A stretch of 64,000 bases of DNA from Pseudogymnoascus verrucosus (GCA_001662655.1 KV460237.1); one strand, 5' to 3'. Positions 50,629 through 63,756 are shown, numbered from the stretch's first letter. Notes: generated by a model from the letters alone, not told the origin. Made by a program: numbers and translations.

Positions 50629-51199
50629 GCGCCACAAACTTGACCCGTTCTTGGCGCCCAGCCCAGCGCCGCCCAGCCCGGGAGCGTCCGTGTGAAAACC
50701 GTCGCGTGTCCGCGTCCGCGACCGCGACCGCGTTCATAAAAATCCGCGTTACCTAAATTACCTACTAAGTAAACTTTCTCCTCCTCGACCCCCACCATTA
50801 TACCCAAAACCCCTCTCTTTTAGTTCGAGCTGCATAACATAACATACTATGGACACGCAAAAATTTTCCTCAGTGTGGATATAGAGGGGCTAGCTACTCT
50901 ATCTCCGCTGTCTCCGCTGCTGCAACACGTCGCGGCTGAATGTCCGTCACGCTCTAAGGTAATACCAACGAAGAAATGGAAGCTTCCGAGCGGGGCGCGC
51001 CGCGGTCCTGACGCGGATTTGCTCCCCCTAACTGTATATCATACGATGACCCCGCTACCAACGGCGTAAGCCGTTGGTGGACTGTGATGACCTCGCGGCG
51101 GCGTGTCCGTGAGGCTCATCTCAGCCGCCAAGGGATGCATCCCCCGCACGGGGCGTCAACGCCGAGAATCGGGCGGTGATAGTTATTGTGGCGTTTTTT
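50629..51199 (+). ncRNA. Candidate large structured non-coding RNA (unassigned)
   Basis: 5' and 3' ends are complementary (50629-50656 with 51160-51194). There is an internal 12-bp helix, a GNRA-capped hairpin, G-U wobbles favouring the + strand, and T6 right after the closing stem. No credible ORF. Confidence 0.45.
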
Positions 51200-52422
51200 C
51201 GGGGGGGAGGTTTTGTGCAGGCAGCTAGCTGTGCCGTGTTAAGGGACTTGGCTGTTTGTGAGGAGTGTGCGGTGGTTTCAGTAAGCGTAGTGTAGTTGCG
51301 TGTGTGGTAGAGGGTTTCGGGGTGGGTGGTTTTTGCGGCGCTGGTTCGTGGGTTGGTATTGTATTGTTGTGCCTGTGGGTTGGGGATGTGGATGGTATCT
51401 GCTATTTTGTGGTGTGCTATGTGGGAGGTTGATGGTGGGGTTGGAAAGTGAGCGAGGGGTTTGGGTCCGATGAGGAGATGTGAGATGTTGAGGAGTTAAA
51501 TCATTGGGTTGAGATGTTACGCGGATGGCGATATACTTGCAGATTTTTGGTAATAGGTCAAGAGTCATGGTGAACATATATTTCTACTATAATATTATCT
51601 ATGGCACTGGTGGAATATATAAATCGAGAACACAAACAAAGACATCACAAATATTACAGTAAGAAGATCACAAAAGGCACAGCAAGAAGATCACAAAAGA
51701 CGCTCCAAGAAGACCACAAAAGTCACATCAAAAAGTCATGCAAGTCAGATGGTAATATCTTTCATTATTCCAGATATATCGCCCTCTCTTTAAAAAGTCT
51801 TGGGAACTTCCCCCACACCCTCTCTGCTCGCAGAAGAAGGTTTATAAAGCCAGGTATACACAACAGCTCTCTCCGGCCTTTACCACTTCCCACCTCTCTT
51901 TACTTTCCCAACCAACCGTTGCTTGCTACCCCCTTGCTCAACTCTTTTGGTCTTTCGCTCTCTTCGAATAAGCACAAAAACAATTTTTATCGGAAAGACC
52001 TAATAAAGAAGAAGCCCCAAACTGGAATTAACTTCCTTCCTTCCCAGCCAATGCTGCCGTTGTGTGCGATAATGCCCACCCAAATGGCTTTTTATAACCC
52101 TTGATTTCGTTTTGTTGTTTGTTTGTTTCCGGGAATATTGGGGTATGAGGTGGTATTGAGTAGTATAAAAAAAAAGCAAAAGATATGATAACCGCTTGAA
52201 ATGACAAAACGAGACGAGTAGTAAATCGCTAATGCCGTAAAGTTGGAAAAGATTCGCTTATGCCACTGATGCCTTAATATACGTGCTTGTGTTACATAGG
52301 AAAGGGTGCCTCGCACAGTCGATGCCGTAAGTTGGCGTCACTGTCGAGGAGACCCGGTAGGTGTAGCGACCTTGCGGTCATTATACCGGGATAACGCTCC
52401 AAACCAGCCATGCTGTCAACGA

Positions 52423-53679
52423 TCAGATGTGTTGATAGTGGTGGTACTGTTGTTGTTGGTGGTGATGGTATACGTCGTTGCTGACAGGCGACGGTGTGAT
52501 CGGACGTCTTTGCGGGTGTCCTTGGTACGGGTTGTTGCCTACTGCTAGGTTGTAATCGCCCTCAGGAGTAATCGGCGGCGTGATATAACCATTCGCCATC
52601 GTGGGGTTGTTCGAAGGCTTTTGTGGAGTGTGGTATATGTGGTCGTTGTTCTCGACCGACTTGTGGTAGAAGTCGTTTGGAGGAGTTGGTGGAGATGAAC
52701 GGCGAGCAATGGCGGCTTGGTGCTCCATGAATTTCTCCAGAACAGTCGAAGCACTAGACATGTAAGGCGAAGAGTATTTCTTGGCGAGGATCTTCGATGG
52801 CTGGTTGAGCTGCTGGGACAACGCCACCAGAGTGATGTTGTCATCGTGGCCCCAATCTGCGTAGACGACTTCCCGGCGGCCAAGGATGGCACGGGCAAGG
52901 GTCAGCGAAGCTCGCGCCATAACAGAGGGCTTCGTGGACACGAAGTCTCTGTGATACAGGGCAATCTCGCAGATGTACCAAGCCATGTGCTCGAGCTCGA
53001 TGTCCTCCTCGGCAGCGTTAGAGAGTGCAAGTTGAAGGAAGCTATCCACGGTAGGATGTCCGATGACCCAGTCGAGGGTGTTGAGTACGTGCCACTCCAT
53101 CTGGGTGAACATCTCTTCGTCGTATAGCATGGAGCACATGCTCTTGAGCTCCCGGATCAGCGGCACCCTGTCCTTGCGGTCGCCATACTTGGCAGCGATG
53201 AGCAGGGCGGCACAGCCAACGAGTTGGTAATGACGCTTGTAGACGACACGACGGGAGCAGTACCTGTCGAGGAGGTTCATGGCGAGGAACATCGTCTCGG
53301 GTAGGAGTTGGAAAAACGTATGACCTTCAATTAAGAAGTCAACGAGGTACGGACGCATAAACCATTTGATCTCCTCTTGGATATCGATCGAAGCAACGTC
53401 TGGGAGAGTTTGTTTCTGCAAGAGTCAGTATGATATACCAGGCCACGTATACCAAGAAGAATGTCTTACCTCCATGGCTGCCATATGATCGACGATTTCT
53501 GGCAGGTACTCGGCACGGACTTCCTGAGAGAGCTCATCTGCAATGCGTTCTTGTCGTTGCCTCTTGATAATGGACTCATACTGAAGGCGTTCTGCCGTAG
53601 AGATGACGCACGTAGTATCCTCGGTTTCGACAAAGTAGCTATCACATGGTTGGTGAGGAGCCATGTTGATATAAGCCAT
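52423..53679 (-). CDS. G1/S-type cyclin (CCN1/Puc1-like), 2 exons
   Basis: Cyclin box IDIQEEIKWFMRPYLVDFL...NLLDRYCS...YQLVGCAALLIAAKY...QMEWHVLNTLDW and a PEST-like tail with TP sites. Intron at ~53417-53469. Confidence 0.93.
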
Positions 53680-56600
53680 GGTGGGTGGTAGGGCAACGAG
53701 CCTGGCGATGTGTGGTAGGTGTGAAAGGTAAAAAGGTCCTTGAGGAAGGTAGTGGATTGAGTTGGTTCAAATGATTGGACTTTCTCAAGATCTCCAGGAC
53801 CTTCAAGAACTGATGTTCGGTATGAACGTGTGAATGGTATGGTTGTATAGTAAAGGAATGTGAATACAGATCAAGTTAATGAGCTGTATTGTAGTTGGCG
53901 AAAGGAGATATTAGACTGTATAAACTGAAGACGAGAAGGAATTAAAGAGTGAAATGGCTATTGAAGAAGCCGACAAGAGGAAGAAATTGTTTTTGAGTTC
54001 GAAATCGGACTTGCTCAAAGATGTCGAGGTGACGCTTATAGTAAATTCGAAGACGGGATCTATGCAGGTACACGAGTTAGTGAAGTGCTCATCTCCGAGG
54101 GGTTCGGGAAGGTGAACTGTGTGAGACAAGATGTAAAGTATGGCTCAATTGGAAGTAAAGTTTTTCCCAAAGTGAGGGGTATGTGCAAGGTGGGATGTAA
54201 CTCTGGGAGGAAGACAGCAGCAGCATACCTGTGAAATTGATTTGTCGAGGGGTTGTTCACACGAAGTCCAATGGTGGAGGGGTTATACCAACAAGACGGC
54301 TCTCTAGATGCGTTGCAAACGAGCAGCAGAAGAGAAGGCGTTTGTCCTGGACGGAAGTATGAAACAGAATTTGAAGAACGAGTTAACGTCTCCAAGATTT
54401 TGTGGTGGAGCTGCGTATAGAGCGGAGAATATGAACTGGATAGGCGAGCGTCGGCATGAAATTGCTATGCAAAGGGACGGGGCATCAGCACAATGTACGA
54501 TGGCGGGGGACGAGAACAGGAATTCTTTCAGACGCAAACTAACCTTCAGTTGGTAATCCCAGAAATACAGTAACTTCAAAGATTGGAGCGAGCAAATGAT
54601 TGAAGAATTGTGGATTGGTTTGGTGCCAAAAAATATTCTTCGATCGTGTGTTCTTGAGGCGAGGCTGGATGACCCACTGGTGTGAATTTAACGTGAAGTC
54701 GAAGAGCGGAACTATGACAGAATACAGGTAGACGCGTATATTATCGAGCGAGATTGAGAGAATGGGCGTATATTGGAAGGGACAGAATAGAGCAAGCTTT
54801 TGAACAAGCAAGTCTCCGGTGTTTTCGAAGGTCGAGTTGTTGGTTTCAAGAATCGGCTCGGCTTCACCCTTTTTCTCGTTCGGCAGTCGTCCTACTACCC
54901 GTCTCTATCTCAACTCGAACACGACACAAGACATCAAGGCCCAATAATGTAATATTATTGTAGTCTTGACTCTATATTCGATGGACCAGAACAGGAGGAG
55001 AGCGAATTGGTGGAATTGCAGCTAAAGCGAAGAAGCTGGGCTCGACCACTCGTTTCAACTTTCCCGGAGTCCGACGTCACGAGCTTGTCAAGGTCCAAGG
55101 GGGTGGATCTCCTTTCTTCTTCTTCTCCCTATTTCAACAATTGAAGGAGAGATGTTGAGGAGGAGAAGAGGGATAGGATGAGGATTAAAGAGAGAGGAGG
55201 AGGAGAGGATGGAGGGAGGGATGGAGGATGTAGGATGGAAGGAGGAGAGGGTGAGGAGAGAACACAGTCAGAGAGATTGGGTGGTGGTTGTGGTGGTGGT
55301 GGAGGAGGTGGTTTAAGCTTTGGGACCGACAGCCGTGCGTGTGTGGGAGTAGTGAGGAGCGTGTTTCTCGTGGTGGCCGTGTCGTCTCTCCTAGACCAGT
55401 AGTGGACCAGTAGTGGTGTCTCCTCTCCTTCTCCTCCCTGGTCTTGGTCGGCTACGGGCGTACTGTGTGGTACTCTACATAGGACAAAATATTAGGTACG
55501 TACTACCCACCCTACAGCCTACTACAGCCTACTACAGCCCACCTCTTACGCCCGCCAATACCTTGCTATCGTCAACTCGTTCTACTGTTGGTCCACTGCT
55601 ATCGCTCTACCAGTCCTCTGCATGCTCTAGTACTTCGTCCAGCACTGCCCTCTACGCTATAATGCATGTACTCTGGCATGGCCGACGATGGTGTCGAGAG
55701 AAGGTGTCAGCCCCTTCTTCCAGGGCTGGTTGGCTGGCTGGATGGACGCGACAAGGATCGCGACTCTGAGCTAACTCACTCACCATACACCATAATGGAA
55801 GTCAAGAAGTCCAGCCCCAAGAGGCAACAACTCTATTGGGTGAGAGCTCATGAGAGCCCAATCATGACGGAAGGGGGAAAACGGAGAATCGCATAATTGT
55901 GTCAAGCTGTTCCAATGTTGCAATAGGAGATAGGCCTACAAAGGCCAAAAGATGGACCCAAAAATGGACGGCATACAGGCATTGACATGTATGTCTCACC
56001 ACGCAATTCAAGGTTTATTTGGCCTATGTCCCATCCCATTTCACTACACATTTCACACAGGCATAGGCTCACCCATCTCATGAGACAACAGGTTCACCGA
56101 GACTCAACGGAACTGTCAAGACATCGACCGCGGAGCAAGGTCTCGCTCAGAAAGATATAGCTGCATCGACCAGCACTCCCGTTTGCCCTATCGAGCCAAC
56201 TCTATCGACTCTATCGGCTCATCGAAGACAGCATGTCTAACACTTTGCCCACTCCTTTCCCACTCCTTGCCCACTATACCGTTGGAAGCAGGCAGATGGT
56301 CCGTGGATAGCTGCACACACTGTAACCCATGACAGGCGAACTTTCTGTTTTACCCGTCCGCCCGCCATGTCCGCGATGGCACGGTGTTGTGGTTGTCGTT
56401 TCGAGAGAAGTCTCGTCCACAGCTCAACGCGGGTGTCTTGCTGGCCGATCTCTTCATGGATATCCCACGACACGGTAATAATGAAGATGCTGGGATCCGC
56501 GAATAGTGTGTGGTTCGGAGTACGTACAAGCCGTACATGGTCCTTCCTGGTCTGGTCGGGGCGCTAGCTCCCACCCACAGCGCACATCGCCATAACTGTG

Positions 56601-59600
56601 CCGTCGCATGTCTTGTAACCGAGCCATAGCTGTAATCTCGTAAAGTCAGGCTTTAGAGAGAGAGCGGAGAGATCCTCCTCCGCCCGTACGTAACTTCTGT
56701 TGGACTTTTTGCCCATGGAAATGATAGACTCTTGTCATGCGATCACACTTCATTCAATATTGCACGTGAAATGATAGCTATATGTGCAATGTTGCTGCTG
56801 CAGCTCACTGTGCCCTGTGCTACTGCCAAGTAATAATGTGCTTCCTTGTAAATTATCTCTCCCGCGGCTGATTTCCTGGAAAGGGGGAATTGGCAGACGC
56901 TGTGTCACTTTCATCAGAGAGCTTATGAGAGGAAAAGGAGACCGCTGTGTTATTTGAATTCCTGTGCCTGGCGGGAACATCGCGGGATTTGCTGCGGAGC
57001 AAGGTATGGCAATGCAACGGTACTGCTGGTTCCTTGAGAGTGTATGGGAGACCTTGAAGGCAGGGAAGGTGCGCTCGGTGCTCAACATAGAGAGAAGTGT
57101 GCTATTGTTCATTTGCGCGCAATACCCCCATTCCAGTAATCCAACTATCTGTTTAATGAAAATTTGAAGCTTAACAGAAAGTCCCATGTTATATAACAGC
57201 CTCCCGCGTCTTCGCAAATTGCACCTCAGGATCATCCGGTGTTCGTGTCCCCTCGCTTCGTCCGCCCTGTGTCCCTGAAGGGCCCCCAAGCAAACCATGG
57301 GAGGCGTAAAAATGGCTGGCGTCCCTAGTCTCCGCTTCCAAAATTGGATCTTTCATAACTGGCCCTTTTATTACCCTTCTTTTTTGCCTTTTGTTGGCTC
57401 AAGGGTTTTTTTTGGTCCGGAATGACGGCGCTTGGGGGAAGGAAGGGAGGAGGTCCGAGGTCGTCACCAACATTCGACCACTATAGATTTAAGCCACATA
57501 ATGACATTAACGGCATCTCTGGCTGTCGCTCATTATTCAATTTTGATGATGGCTTCCTCTGTGGGTCTTCGTATCACGACACAATTGGCAGGCGCGGCCC
57601 CAAGTCTGTCAGCACAATCATATCATGCAGTTGCGTCAGCCAAATTCGCACCGAGCCACCAATAAACCGCATTGTGGACGACATCCATCAGATTATTTCT
57701 CCAGCTGAGCCAAACCTCCACGTTGGCGCTCATGCAGGCTATACATAAGGCGGCCCCATCGGGATCGCGTATCTTTTGTTCAGCTGGCAACGTCGAGTCC
57801 AATCGAGGGGGCCTGTCCTGGGGCCAAGGATGCTATACCATGTTAGTTATAAATTGACGGGCGGGAGCTCCTTGGGAGAGAACTGGATTTGCGGCTCCGC
57901 ACACCAGAAGCTCAATTGGCCTTCTTTTGGAGGAGATATCGTGACCAGCTTCGTTTTAATAGTAGAGCTGTCAACTTGTTCCATTAATCCTTTACCAATT
58001 GAAGAATAAATTGTCCGGTCTGTCATGCTGTACATGGAGTGGAGAGGATTGCCTGGCTCTACTCCACGTGTGCATAGTGATGCTGGTTGTCGTAGGAGCA
58101 TAATCTGGGACTCGCTAAATGGGCTCGGAGGTACTCGTCCTTGCTTGTCCGGAGTATACTCCATCCACTCATCCAGTCCAGTACATTGGAAACAATCAGC
58201 ATCGGTGCCTCCGCCTCTAACGCTGACCACGGAAATAGATGTAACAGGAAGCTGAATTGTGGGGAAATCTTACCATCTCGCGGATCAGTTACTATACGGA
58301 ACAGAAACTATGGAATGTAGTCAGAACAATCCTAAGCAAGGCACAGCTTACAGCCACAACAGGAAGCTCTAACTCTCGTGTTGGCGCCCGCCACAATCAA
58401 TGACGGAATACCCAATGGGCAAATGAGCAATGAGATATTGAATCCGCACGATACTGTACTATGGTCCATCAGTCCGTCAGCTCCTCTTTTTCCCCTCTCT
58501 CGCTCTGCCGCGCCTCTTCTCTAGTTCGCAAGTGACAAAGTACGTGGATCCATTTACACACATGATTTCTTACATCTCGCAGGAGGCTAGGTAGAGTGCG
58601 TACACCGAATGAGCTCAATTGTGCCAGGTAAAGAAGATGCGCGACATCGATTCTGAAGTTACATCGCCACCAAGATCTGTCAGCCAAATCAGGCAGCGTC
58701 TCCGCAGAGCTCTTCTTCTATCTCCGCAACCCTGTCTTACTGCGGACCGAGACGAGATGTCTTGTGGTTATTCCTCAAACACAAGATTACCATACTATTA
58801 CTCTGCTACAGGCCTGGAGCTACCTAGAGCTGGCGGATTCTCGGGAACTGACTCTGGGGTGAGGGTGAACCCATGCTTTGCCGCTTTGACAGTAGAGTCA
58901 CAACGGCATCCGTTCCTCAACGCTCACAAGTACGATTACGCTCGCACGTACGGAGTAGGGTACGATTACGATACAACCCATACATAGCTCTTCTCTGCTC
59001 CATACTGCACGGCCGCGGGCAACTTGGCGTCACATGTATACGGGTAGGCGCCGGAGATCACACGTATCTCCAGAATCCAAACAAATAAACAAACACACAA
59101 GCATGCAATCAAGCCATCAAGCAAGGGAGAGTCGACGTCGACACCTCCCTTTTGAAGCTAAGCTATGCACAGATTGGATTCCGAGCATCTTCCACACTAT
59201 CGACTGGCCACGACGATCTGTGGGTTTGCCTCTCAAAAAGAGACACGTCGAGATCAACGCCATGTTTCTCCACGACCAAATCCGGCGTTGTTCCTCTGCA
59301 TTACTCTATCTGTCGGTATCTTTTGTACAGAGCCTGTCTCGAACCTCCGCACTTCATGGATGAGATTATGCATGGGGGGGAGCGGGGTTCTGTGGCAGAG
59401 ATCCGGTCAATGTCGTTGTTGCGATTGGTCGGGAAATCCACAAGGCTGGGAACAGTTTCAAGTATATTCGGCCCTTCAGACGCGGAACGCGACAGACGCG
59501 ACCAAGACACGAACCCAACACGTCTCGTCCACACACATCACCAAGCCAGTCTTTAGATGGGGAAAGCGAAAAACCAAAACGCTCTAATCTATGGGTCCCA

Positions 59601-60911
59601 CGATGGGTCCAATGAATCCTGCAAGACCCATTCGGCGATATATGAGGGGAAACGCGCAATATTCTCCACAATACTGACCATCTTTACCCAGAGCAAGACC
59701 CTTCCCCCTGTCTACCCCGCTCTTTATGGTTTTACGCAGGTCTTAAGTTCTTGCGTGTTGGAATCGCGCGATGCATGACGTATTTACGCGCTTTTCACCA
59801 GATATCGGTCGCGATCCATTGACCAATCTGACACGTCTTTTCGCTTTTCGCCCCCAGTCCTCACTATCGACTTTCGATGTTGAGTGGCGGCCAGAGAGGC
59901 GGCCGACCCAGGCAGATGGGATTCTGAGCTGGCATCGAGTGGCGCTTTGGAATACAGAGCATATGCCCAGACTTGTCCAACGCGCTCCTTGGACGGAGCC
60001 TTGGACGCGTGCATAATGGCGGCGAGAAGATCGATATTCTATGACGTTACAATGGATACGAGCGTGGGCGGCACTGTGACTCCGGATAGTTGGATTCGAT
60101 GCCTGAGTTCGATGCATAGCATCACAGCCACCAGTGGAGAAGGCAAGCACATACAGTAGGTGAGTGCATAAGGATATTTTACAGATTGTACTGTACGAAC
60201 GTGGGCGCCACTGTCTCTCCAGATACTTGGGTTCAATCCATAGTATCACGCATATCAGCGGGGAAGGCAAGCCCATAGGTGAGCGAGCCCAAAAAAGGTA
60301 CGCCTTGTAGGTCTCGATCTCCAATTTATCATGTTCAGCTACTCTTGATAGCTCTTCCTCCTATCTGTCACGTGCGTCCTTCGTTCTTTGTCGTCTTAAT
60401 ATCTTCACTTTCCAAAAATATTCTTTCAATAAGCCGGGGACATTATTTCTCCTGGACCTGCTCGCTTGCTCTATATGGCTGAACAATCATTTGTTTTAAA
60501 ATTTTGCCATCACCTTTGGTTCTAAAACCGAATCCGGGAATGTCGGTGATGCTCTTTGCTTGCCGCTTCAGGGCCCCTTTGTTCTTTCGTCGCTTGCAGC
60601 CAAGAATGCGCCGGAAATTAATCAAGTCATGAAAGAACTTCAAAGAAAACTCTATGCTTCCAACCTTTTATGTCCCAGTGGCCCCCAGAATATGTGCTCT
60701 ATGCTTCACGAGAGTGCTACAGAACCTTCGAAGTCGATCCCAAACCTGGTTTTCAGAACAAACTACTCTACAACACAGTCAGGTCAAAAGCAAATCATAT
60801 ATAGATATACCTGAAGCACATCATACTTGTGCTCGTTGAGACACAGTTTTCGAAACCTCGACGAAACAATATCAAGGAATCTACCTCGCTGGTAGTGCGT
60901 TTGGAGCGAAA

Positions 60912-63166
60912 ATGGCATCTCAGGAGGCAGAGCAACAGCTCAGCACGTATCGCGGCAGGCCCCAACCACCTGTCAATGAGCGTCTGCAGCAAATCTACAA
61001 TTTTTTGGCGGACGAAGATTACTACCGTTGCTTAAACTTCACTCAAAAGCTCCAGGATATCAAGGACTACATCGCTGATCTGGAGACTGGAAAGCAAGTA
61101 TTAGTACAGGCCGACGAGGATCTCTTGAGTCTAATAGCCGACCAAATTAAAATCCATGATCACTGGATTGAAGAGGCAACTAAAATCACACCTTTCGAAT
61201 TCAATTCTCCCCTCCTTCGACACCGCAATCGCTTCGGTCTTCCTGGGTGGGAACCTAAGCCCGGACTGATCGATTTTGAGCTTGCAGACCTTCCGACCTA
61301 CGAGATGGACACCCCCATAATAGAAGCAAAGCTACATGTAACTTTGCAAGAAGACACCGGCAGAAAACTGCCCAAGCAACCAGATCCATTTGAGTACACG
61401 AGGAAGGTCGCCAAGTACAGACAGGCTCAGGACGTGATAGCCCAGACTGTCAGAGAACGCTATAACAGAGGCGACGCTTTTGCGTTCAACCCTTTGCCGC
61501 GGAATTTCAAGGGGCCTTGGGTACCTCCATCACCGGAAGCGCTGTTGAAGAAATGGGAAGAGATGCGGATAAGGCTCCTGGAACTCAGCGAGGATCTATT
61601 ACTTACGCAGCGAGTGGCACCACGGCTCTCTATCAATCAAGTTGCCCATATGATAACGACGATTTTCAAGACTACTGGTCCGCCAAACGACGTGTTGATG
61701 GAAGACGATTTCACCCCGTCTGATATGGCGAAACTTCGTGTTCTCACAGAGCCCTCCACTCACCGAACCAAGCCATCCAATCTCCGGGGACCATATCTCA
61801 CTTTTGTGGCTAGAGTCAACGGTATTATCCGCAGCTCTGACACCTGGCCCAAGGAGGTTGAGGAACCGGTGAGTGTAACTGTTCTGTTTGACAAAGTAAT
61901 TGCCAAGGGGCCGCTTGATTTGGACTACCCTGAGATGATGTGGACGCTGGAACTTATGGACCGAGATAAGAATCTCAGGTAAATCAAATTGCTGCACTTC
62001 TCTAAAATATAATTGACACCAAGCAGGTACGACAAGGCCGCCAATGTAGTGAGGGCGCCGTATCCAAACAATCATCCGGAGGACAGAGCTACTGCACGCC
62101 CTGGGAAATGGAGCGTCGGCTCCATCGGCGTCACACTCAGCGAATGGGCCTACCTCGGCCTGCGCCTCGCAAGAGCGACCATGAAGATCTCAGCCCAAGT
62201 CGAGATCGCACACGCGAATGAAAACTACATGAAACTAGTGGTGACTGAGTACACAAAGAACCTAGCAGAGCGGGTTCGCGCCTGGGAAAGAGAGGTTGAC
62301 GGCACAAGAGGCAACTACAGCCTCATTGAAATCGCCACACCTCTAGTCAAGGACGCCGATAAGGATGAGCTCACTGAAGAACTCGCTCTCCAAATCCTGC
62401 AGGAGAAAATCGTCGAAGAGAGCAATCGCAACTGGGAACCACGCGCTACCCCAACGACGATATGGGATTGGACCCGGAAGAGCGACCGCGTCCCTCTGAC
62501 TGAAGAGTGCTTCTCTATCAACCGCTGGACCCCCTCGATCCAACACATGGGCGACATGGATAAGGAGAACAGGTACTTGGAATGGGCTAGGAACCAACAG
62601 CCCGACGACTCTGGAGATGGACACTCCCACAAGCGGAGGAAGCTCATCCAAGGCGAGCCGGTCTTTCCGTTGGGCGAAACGTCGAAGCAGCAGGAGGCTA
62701 TAAGTAACAGGATTGATGGGCAACTTCGCGGTCGTACGTATTACCCCTCCCCTTCTCTCCTATTTATGTGCTAGTTGGCTGACATTGGGTAGTTGGGAAT
62801 AAGGAGTTTGACGGGATATATGGGCCTGAGGGGTCCTATACTCGGAAACAGAAGGCTGCTCGACAGCGAGAGGCTGAGGAGAAGGCTAAGGCGGCGGCGG
62901 CTGCGGAGGCACTGGCTAAAGAACTGGCTGCGGGAGGGAAGGGTAAGGAACCAGAATCAAGGGCTCAGGCCAATGAACCGGCTGCGGGGGGAAAGGGTAA
63001 AGAACCAGAGTCAGGGGAACAGACCCAAGAACCGGCTACAGGGGGAAATGGTGAGGAACCGGAGCCAGTGGCACAGGATGCATTACCGGAGACAAACCCG
63101 GGCAGACGCGCCAGGGCCAGAGGCGCAGGTGGAGGTGGAGGTGCACAGGCGGGGACAGGGGCGTAG
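60912..63166 (+). CDS. Hypothetical protein, 3 exons, C-terminal 18-aa repeats
   Basis: Long ORFs joined by canonical introns (61979-62026, 62734-62792). No family recognised. The stop position is uncertain (see findings). Confidence 0.72.
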
Positions 63167-63756
63167 ATTGATATGGGGGCACGCAGACGGAGAGAGACGC
63201 ACAGACGGAGATTGAGGCACGGAAGGAGATAGGGGCACAGACAGACGCTGCAGAGCTACAGGTCGACAAATCTGAGACAGGGGCGCCGGTGGGCGAACCT
63301 GAGGCAGTGGCATTGATGAACGAAACCTGAGACATCGTATCGGACGGAGATGATAGGGAGGTGCATTCTTTTGTTGAGGTTTTTTTACTTTTGTAGGTAA
63401 CTGCGGATATGCAAACCTACTGTAATGTCCGGGATCGACTGTTCTATATTTTTTGGTTTTCCGAGTCGAGTCAGGAGTTTATGTAGTTTGCAGGAGTGCA
63501 ATATGCAATATCACAGACGATCATTTTGGGGTTTAATTTGCAAGGTGATCGATCATATGCCATGGCCTACGTCCACCCAACAATTCTAGAATAGAGCAGC
63601 TTCAAGAGAAACATTTCACAACCGGACGTAAATCCTCGCACGAAGTTTTTTGGCAGAATGTTCATTTTAGGCACAGCTATAGTATAAGCGCACCGAATGC
63701 AAGGTGCCCATCAAAGATGAAAACCGTTCAAAGCATCACCGCTCCAATGCAGACAT

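Noticed and set aside
50629..51199. Telomerase RNA, RNase P/MRP or C/D snoRNA identity for the structured region
   Set aside because: No TAACCCTAA template. ACGGGGC at ~51148 recalls MRP CR-V but no GAAAGTCCCC partner was found. GTGATGA at 51083 has no downstream CTGA box D. An Rfam search is still needed to exclude these.
51601..52104. 167-aa + strand ORF
   Set aside because: Low-complexity, lies antisense to the probable cyclin 3' UTR, and has no recognisable domain.
55400..60900. Many short overlapping ORFs upstream of the cyclin (e.g. 56750-57298, 59743-60324)
   Set aside because: No domain similarity, coherent codon bias or splice structure recognised; treated as intergenic.
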